Origin: Octopus vulgaris
Taxonomy: Eukaryota
Assembly (NCBI GenBank): GCA_951406725.2
Contig: OX597822.1
Location: 77,314,001-77,378,000 of the forward strand
Reading direction: 5' to 3'
DNA length: 64,000 bases
Of the stretch, positions 54,445-64,000 are shown one piece after another. A program made the translations under genes and the position numbers. Below the pieces are notes generated by a model. It saw only the letters and a list, made by a program, of their open reading frames with translations. It was not told where the DNA came from and did not search any database. Position 1 is the stretch's first letter. The number at the start of each line of letters is the position of its first letter.

Positions 54445-54618
54445 TAAAAAAATACCTTAGGAATGAGAACCCAGGTTCAAAATTTCCCCAAGACACCTGA
54501 TGAAAGCTGGAGGGTATATCAGCTGAAACATTGTGTTAACAACAAACAAGATGAGGACAAATATCCATCAAATGTAAATAATGTACATAATTCCTCATCT
54601 CTTAAATATAGAACTGTA
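54319..54618 (+). mobile_element. Full tRNA-headed, hammerhead-bearing short element inserted into a family A SINE
   Basis: 17 bp TSD TGATGCTGGTGT(A/G)TTTA at 54302-54318 and 54619-54635. A box at 54343-54353, B box at 54387-54397, (AAT)n, and a hammerhead motif at 54491-54537. Confidence 0.85.
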
Positions 54619-54787
54619 TGATGCTGGTGTGTTTATGTCCTCTTAACTTAGCAGTTTGGTAGAAGAGAGTGATAGAATAAGTACTAGGCTTACAAGGAAT
54701 AAGTCCTGGGGTTGATTTGTTCAACTAAAGGTGGTGCTCCAGCATTACCACAGTCAAATGACTGAAACAAGTTGAAGAGTAAAAGAG

Positions 54788-54829
<42 letters not shown>

Positions 54830-54855
54830 TATATACACATACACTCTTATGTACC

Positions 54856-55090
54856 TATTTCTTTATTACCCACAAGGGGCTAAACATAGAGGGGACAAAC
54901 ATGGACAGACATAGGTATTAAGTCGATTATATTAACCCCAGTGCGTAACTGGTACTTAATTTATCGACCCCGAAAGGATGAAAAGCAAAGTCGACTTCGA
55001 CGGAATTTGAACTCATTACGTAACGGTAGCCGAAATACTGCTAAGCATTTTGCCCAATGTGCTAACGATTCTGCCAGCTCGCCGCCTTAA
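54856..55090 (-). mobile_element. SINE family B with TSD
   Basis: ACTCTTAT(G/A)TACC at ~54843 and ~55093. Confidence 0.8.
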
Positions 55091-56029
55091 TACTCTTATA
55101 TACCGTCTTCTCTCTTTTTCCAACTGGGACAGCCATGTACCTCCCCACCTTATGCAAGGCACCTCTTCCTGTCCCTCTATCATGCTTAAATCTTTCATCA
55201 CTTGGCATAAAGCCCCCTCTCCCAGTGCCTCAATTGAGAGGCATCTTGTCGTGTGAGTTATTTTGTAATTTCACTGGTGCCAATGCCACCTAAAAAAAAA
55301 TCACCCAGTACACTCTCAAAAGTGGTTGGTTTTAGGAAGGGCATCAAGCCATAAAAAACACACACAGAAGCAAGTGCACACATACACACACACGTGTGTG
55401 TATGTATGTGCAATTGGCTGCCTTCATTTTCCATCTACTAAATCCACTCTGAAAGATTTGATTGACTCTAAGCTATAGTAGAAAACACTTGGCCAGTGTG
55501 CCACACAGTGGAACAAAACGAGCTCCTGTGGAAACATCTAAACCATGCCAGCATAGAAAACAAACATTAAATGGTAATGATAATTATACTGATTGTCTCC
55601 TGTAACTTTTACTTGTATAAGCCAGTAGTGTGTGTGTAATTTACAAGGCATTTGGCTGTCATTTCTAGCAGATCAGTGACAGTTGTTGGCTTCTTTATTG
55701 ACTTGTAATGCTATTCTTGTTAAAGTAATTACATAGAAGAACAAAGGAGTTTGTTATGCATTTCATATCCAAAAACAGTGCAAAACTTACATAAGTGTTT
55801 ACCATTATTATTTAAATGGCAATTAGTAAAGCAATATTTTATAATAGGTCCATTAGTGTTTGCAGCAGCTTTTTAAGTATAAATCACTGCATCTGTAATT
55901 GCTACACTTAATTTGTGTACTTCGATACATTAATACATTATGTTCTGTGGATGTTTATATGTGCATAGGCCAGACTTGAAGAAGATAATTGATTCAATAT
56001 TAGAGCATGTACTATGAAAGTGACTTTAT

Positions 56030-56620
<591 letters not shown>

Positions 56621-59600
56621 ACACTTTTACACCCACACAATCAATAAATACTGAAAAATAAATGTCACTGTGCAAGTTGAACTAGGTAAAACGAATATTG
56701 ATCTCATAGGTTTTCCTGATCCATACTGACCTGGACTAAACCACAGCAAATAAAAGATAGGTAATGGAGAGAGAGAGAGAGAGAAATAAAGAGGGGAAAT
56801 ATAATATTACAGCTGCAGTAAAAGGCACCAAATAATGAAAGTGGTTACAGGAAGAGACCATGCTGAGAGAATATATGATGGAATTAACTTTGAGGCTGTG
56901 CACAGTGGCATGTGTGGGGGATCTTTTAAACAGCTAATACATGTCGCCTATTTTATGCCAGTTAGTGAATGAAAGTAATTTTCCTCTAATGGATTAAGAT
57001 ACTAGATTTTTCTCTGGTAATATTCACAGATAATTCAGCCCCTTAACTGTTCTTACTGACATCACCCTCAGTCGTCATCATCATCATCAGCCCCTGAGCA
57101 ATTATTGTCTAGAGTTCTAGGATTCATAGAGCTCATTACCCAGTTTCCATGTGATCTTAGTCTTCCAAGACATGCAGATCACAGCATCTCTCCTGAACAG
57201 GATGCCAGTCCATTGCAGGATAACCATTTACATTTACAGCTGAAAAGAATAGAGTAATGTGAAATAAAGTTTCTCAAGAATGCAATGCACTGCCCAGTCC
57301 AGGAATTGAAATCCTGATCTTGTGATCATGAGTGCAACACCTTGACCACTAAGCCATGCTCCTTTACTCTAACTGACAACCAGCTGAATAAAGTCATCTG
57401 CACTTAAAACATTCTATCTAAATCCCAAGTGAAGTGGTTTGTTGTAGGTTTGAACACACGACCTTTGAGTTGCAAGTTCAACTGTTGTTTCCACTCAACC
57501 TCAACCATTTTGTTTCTTCAGTCAGATCATGGAAACACAGATGCAAGATCTTGGCTGAGACATCTACATTAGCAGTCTGAAAGCTGTGAACCTTTCGACA
57601 AGTCAAGCAATTCTGATTTTCCATTTTTTTTTTAACATAAAAGACAGTCATAACATAATTTGGAGTCTGGAGTATGATGGGCAATAAGATAATGAGTTGT
57701 GTGGAAATGTCATGGCTTCTTTGTGGAAGAGGTTACTTATTGGGTCCAGATTGACTAGTGCCCGGCTGAAGACCTTTTGCCAAAGGCATCATGCAGTGGA
57801 AATCAAAACAGAAGTCTTCTGATTTGCAGAACAAACTTTTTGATCAGACAGCCCAGGAGATATATATTGTTTTTACAGAACTCCTAAAAAAGTTGAAAAG
57901 CATTCTCACAAATAATTGCTACTTGGATTTTCTTTTTTCCATCTAAGATGTATTTTTTTAATTGTTTTTTTTCTTGTTTCAGTCATTTGAGTGGAGCCAT
58001 GCTGGAGCATCATCTTAAAGGGTTTTTTTAGTAAAACAAACCAACCCCAGTATGTATTCTTTATAAGCCTGGTACTTATTCTATCGGTTTCTTTTGACGA
58101 ACTGCTAAGTTACAGGGACATAAACACATCAACATCAGTTGTCAAGCAATGGTGGGGTGGACAAACAGACAGACACACACACACACACATGTATAGGCAC
58201 AGGTGTGACTGTGTGGTAAGAAGCTTACTTACCAACCACATGGTTCCAGGTTCAGTCCCTCTGTGTGACAACTTGTGAGTGGATTTGGTTGGTGGAAACT
58301 GAAAGAAGCCCATCACGTGTGTGTGTGTGTGTCTGTCTGTCTCTCTCTCTCAGTCTAGCTGTGGGTTTGTGTTTGCCCCACCCCACCATCACTTGGCAAC
58401 CAATATTGGTGTGTTTACGTCCCCATAACTTAGCAGTTCAGCAAAAGAGAATGATAGAATAAGTACTAGGCTTACAAAGAATAAGTCCTGGGGTCGATTT
58501 GTTCGACTAAAATGGCTGTGCTCCAGCATGGTCACAGTCAAATGACTGAAACAAAGAATAAAAGAATATATGTATGACAGGCTCCTTTCAGTTTCATTTT
58601 ACCAAATCCACCACTCAAGGCTTTGGTTAGCCTGAGGTTATAGTAGAAGACACTTGCTCAAGGTGCCATGCAATGGGACTGAACCTGGAACCATGTATAT
58701 TTTGATTCATTCTTTTACTTGTTTCAGTCATTGAACTGTGGCCATGCTGGGGCATTATGCTGAAGGGTTTAGTCAAGCAAATCGACCTATTTTAAAATCT
58801 GGTAATTATTCTTTCTGTCCTTTTTGCCTGACTGCTACGTTACAGGGACATAAACAAACCAACACCCTTTCTCAAATAATAAGGAGACAAACATAAGCAT
58901 GCTCACACACATGCACTCACGCTCACACACATGCACTCACGCTCACACACATGCACTCACACTCACACATACACACTTGCTCACACACACCCACTCACAC
59001 ATGCTCATGCACAGGCACATACGCTCACACATACACTCGCTCACACACACACATACTCACACATGTATGCACACATACACACACACACATGCACACAATA
59101 GGCTTCCCCATTGTTTCTGTCCATGAAATTCACTCGAAAGGTATTAACCAGCTAGGGGATACCATAAAAGACAGCTGCCCATGGTGCTGAGCCCTGAGAC
59201 TGAACTTAAAACCACATGGCTGCAAAGTGATGTGAAGAGTTGTGATAATTACCACCAGGCATTTTCTGTGAAGCTGTAACAAATCTGCTAGTCCACTGTG
59301 CAATGATAATAATAATAATAATAGGCACAGGAGTGACTGTGTGGTAAGTTGCTTGTTTACCAACCACATGGTTCCAGGTTCAGTCCCACTGCGTGGCACC
59401 TTGGGCAAGTGTCTTCTACTATAGCCTCGGGTCGACCAAAGCCTTGTGAGTGGATTTGGTAGACGGAAACTGAAAGAAGCCTGTTGTATATATGTATATA
59501 TATATGCGTGTGTGTGTTTGTCCCCCTAGCATTGCTTGACAACCGATGCTGGTGTGTTTATGTCCCCGTTACTTAGCGGTTCAGCAAAAGAGACCAATAG

Positions 59601-60421
59601 AATAAGTACTGGGCTTACAAAAGAATAAGTCCCGGGATCGGGTTGCTCGATTAAAGGCGGTGCTCCAGCAAGGCCGCAGTCAATTGACTGAAACAAGTAA
59701 AAGAGTAATAATGATAATGATAATCCTTTCTTTCATAGGCAAAAGGCCTGAAATTTTAGGGAGGGGGATTAGTCAGTTACATCATTCCCCCAGTGTGTAA
59801 CTGGTATTTATTGTTTTGGTTCTTAAAGGATCAAAGGCAAGGTTGACCTTGGCTGAATTTGAACTTTGAACATTTTGTGGAGATGTACTGGACTAGTATT
59901 TACAAATGTTAGCTGTGACAAAGCTAGAGGCACTTGGCATACTGAACAGTTGTCTAGGGGCCCAGATCTAATCTATGTGTATTGTAGCTTGTTGTCAGTG
60001 AATAAATATTATAAATTTCAGTACATTGATTTGCCCATGGTCTTTAATACTGCTAAAACAGTCCTGGGTAGAGACACTGGTTCGTCTCTTGATACTAAAT
60101 TATATAGAAATTGAAAAGTATGAAAAATTGCCAAAACTAGATGTAGTGCCTCTGCAAGTCCTCCTTGTTAAATCTAAGATATGGAATCTTGTTATTTTGA
60201 GTTTCAGCGATATTCTTTGATGATGATGATGATCTGTATGTATATCGGTAAAGAGTGAAACGTGCCTAATACAACTATTATCTGTGACTATATAATAAAG
60301 CTATTTACTATTTATTGCAGAGTCTGGTGTTTTAACTTGCTATGAAATGTTCTGAAGTGTAGTCTGTTCATTATGGTACATCACATTTATATCTATATGT
60401 GTGTATTTTTATATATGTATG

Positions 60422-60469
<48 letters not shown>

Positions 60470-61178
60470 GTATGTGTATTTATATGTGTGGTGGATGTTG
60501 TAGCATCGCCTGTGTAATTAGTATAGAGTACAAAACAGCTGGCAACTAATGGAATAATCATCTATTCTCTCAAATCACTTCTCTTATCTGATCAATATAT
60601 ATATGCATGTATGTATGTATGTGTAAATGTTTTAAATACTTTTAAAGCCAAACAATGCAAGTTATATAAAAAATTAATAATATGGGTTAGTGGTTGATGC
60701 TAATACCTGGTATTCTAATATTTCTTCAGAAAAGTTATGGAGAAAAGATATTAAAAACTGATTTCTCTGCTCTGTTGTGTGTGTTAGTGTGTGTGCATGT
60801 GTGTGTATGCATGCTTGCACATGCATGTATGTGTATTCCAGAGGGGACAAGTTCAAAAGAAACCGTCTGGCCACTAAAGAACTCAAAAATAAATCTGAAA
60901 GTGAATAATATATTTAATCTATAATTATTAATGTGCGTAAGTGTATCTGTTTTTGCATATGTGCGTCTATATGTATATATGTATATATATACACATACAC
61001 ATATGTATACTCTCCTTAGCATTGTGTTATAAATTAGCTCCTTTAAATATTGTTCTCTGGTTCCCAAAGAGCCATAGGTGAAAAAATATATTTTGATAGA
61101 CTAATGATATTATATTAAATATAACACAGACTCACACACACTCACATGTGTGTGTGTATGTATATATGTATATATATA

Positions 61179-61217
<39 letters not shown>

Positions 61218-61231
61218 ATATTTATATATGT

Positions 61232-61275
<44 letters not shown>

Positions 61276-61291
61276 GTATGTATATATATAT

Positions 61292-61339
<48 letters not shown>

Positions 61340-61566
61340 CACACACACACAAATATGTGTGTGTGTGTGTATGTGTGCATATATGTATGTATATTATGTG
61401 TGTATGTGTATTGGCTGTGTCCCAGTATCACCTCAGAAGACTGGCTGAAACCAGTTAAAAGACTACGAATGTGTGTGCGTGTGTTTAGGTAACTTACTAC
61501 TTTTGAATAATTCAGTCTACTAAGTTACTGTTGAATACGGTCTTTGTTGGTACTAACCATGGAAAG

Positions 61567-61605
61567 CTGCTACTGCCACTGTTGCTACTGATGCTGCTGC
61601 TGCTG

Positions 61606-61645
<40 letters not shown>

Positions 61646-61760
61646 AGCTGCTGCTACTACTACTACTACAGCTGCTGCTACTGCTATTACTACTACTGCT
61701 GCTGCTGCTGCTACTACTACCACCACCACCACCACCACCACCACCACTACTACTGCTACG
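61567..61760. repeat. Compound (CTG)n/(CTA)n/(CCA)n trinucleotide repeat
   Basis: Direct inspection. Confidence 0.9.
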
Positions 61761-62397
61761 TGTGTACTAGTAGAGGAGCCTGTATTTGATTGTTCAACAT
61801 CTCAGAAATAGTAACCAGATTTCCCTCAAATCACACCCTTGCGACAACTTAAAAGGATGCATTTGATACCATGTTCCTGGGTTTCGAACGCGTTTAGAAC
61901 ATGGTTGGATGTTTGGCTGGAATGCTTATGATCATAAGTTTGCTCTGCCAAGTCTAACCTAGGGCTAAACAACACCACCACCACCAACACCAACAACAAC
62001 GACAACAATGTTAACAGCATCAGCCACATGTGTACATGTGTGTTAAATGGATGTGTATACATATACAGGCAGACATATTCATTCAAGATTGAGTGCATGG
62101 ATGAGCAGTCTAATTGTCTATAAGTGACAGACACTTGGTGAAGTAAAGAAACTGGAAAGTGAGATAGGCAGGAGAACAGCAAAGTAGACAGACATAGATA
62201 TATGCAGAGAGAGAGAGAGAGAGAGAGAGGTAGTAAGTTTAACTGTGAGGAAGGAGTAAGACATAGAAATAATATAGGAAAGAAAAGTGGGGTGGTATTT
62301 TGGATTATGAAGAGATAGGTAGAAAAATAAAGAACCATTAAGAATAGATATAAGAATAGATAAGACAGAGAGCTAGATGTGTGTGTGTGTGTGTATG

Positions 62398-62430
<33 letters not shown>

Positions 62431-62463
62431 ATATATATATATGTGTGTATGTATGTATGTATA

Positions 62464-62514
<51 letters not shown>

Positions 62515-62673
62515 AGAACAATCTTACTTAGAAATGGATGTGTGCGTTCCGTCATATAATAAATTAATAAATAAAACATATGCATATATACATACATATA
62601 TGTACATACCTACCTATGCATGTATATATACATGTAGAGGTAGGTATGTACATATACGTATGTATATATGCAT

Positions 62674-62712
<39 letters not shown>

Positions 62713-63901
62713 GTACATATGTATATGAGGCTTTATGGTGGAAATCTCAGATAAAATTTTTAATCACATAGCTCATATTACATAAATTATATATACTATA
62801 CACACACATATACGCACACACAGATGCACGCACAAATACCTGGTATAAATATGTCACAGGTACACATATCCACATTATGTATATTTAAGTGTGTGCTGCT
62901 ATGTATATATATACACATTCCTGTACTACATATATATATATACACACAGACACATATATATACATATGCACACAAGCACATATGTGTGTGTGTGCATGCG
63001 TGTGTGTGTGTGTGCATACACATTCAGAGCATGTGTACACTCATATATTACATATATACCTGCAACATTATCTACATACATGATGCAGGTACTTAGATAA
63101 ATACACACATAAAATAAATTCCCTAAGCAACAGAACAAATTTATCCAACATCAATATGTGCACATACACGTACGCACACGTGCTCACATATGGATAGAGA
63201 CACACACACACACACAGAGGCATATAGATGCATTCATTGATATCCATGTATCTGTGGATGATATCATAGACTACTTATGGAAAAATTTCACTCATTTCAC
63301 CCCCCCCCCCCCGACTGTAACCCATCACCACCCCTTTTCTGCTTATGAATTCTCAACAATAACAAACAGAAAGCTTAGCCAATTCCCCATTATATTTCAT
63401 TATGTCTGTACTCATATAATTGTTATTTTTATCATATATATATATATGTATGTATTTATATGTATTTATATGTATGTATGTATTTATATGTATGTATGTA
63501 TTTATTTATATGTATGTATATATATATATTTATATGTATTTATATGTATGTATATATATATATGTATGTATATATATATATATATATATATATTTGTATG
63601 TATATACATGTATGTATATATATATATATATATGTATGTATATATATATATGTATGTATGTATATATATATATATGTATGTATGTATATATATATATATG
63701 TATATGTGTATATATATGTATATGTGTATATATATGTGTATATATATATGTATGTGCATATATATATATGTATGTATGTATGTATATATATATATATTTG
63801 TATGTATATGTATATATATATTTATATGTATGTATATATCTATGTATATACATATATATATATACATACATACATGTACACACACATGCACACACATATT
63901 C

Positions 63902-63951
<50 letters not shown>

Positions 63952-64000
63952 GCATATATATACACACATGCACATACATGCACACATATATACACACACA

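Noticed and set aside
57480-60230. Possible later C7orf25 exons (acceptor-like sites at ~57878 and ~60021)
   Set aside because: Phase-0 frames stop or lack similarity. Nearby sequence looks more like very old LINE debris (e.g. YIDLPMVFNT resembles FIDLxKAFDT).

Overview
Repeat-rich, AT-rich eukaryotic genomic DNA. Its SINE/LINE families and (TA)n/(CA)n/(AAT)n/(GAT)n microsatellites look like those of an octopus-type cephalopod (inference). Almost all ORFs in the track are artefacts of repeats. I found one credible host coding exon: the first coding exon of a C7orf25/UPF0415-like gene (+, 30013-30159), followed by an apparent intron of at least 34 kb, with a CpG-retaining candidate promoter at about 13.5-15.7 kb. 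The rest is layered mobile DNA: a 5'-truncated RTE LINE and many copies of its 3' tail, a decayed Penelope element (RT plus GIY-YIG), piggyBac and R4-like remnants, a non-autonomous Helitron, mariner and hAT MITEs, four tRNA-type SINE families, a tRNA-Glu pseudogene and a 3 kb composite palindromic minisatellite. The most interesting signal is a short element combining a tRNA-like Pol III head with a minimal type I hammerhead-ribozyme motif and Penelope-style inverted ends (49117-49475, 54319-54618). Next is a tandem array of possible H-type pseudoknots in the RTE 3' UTR. All family assignments are by eye, with no database search.
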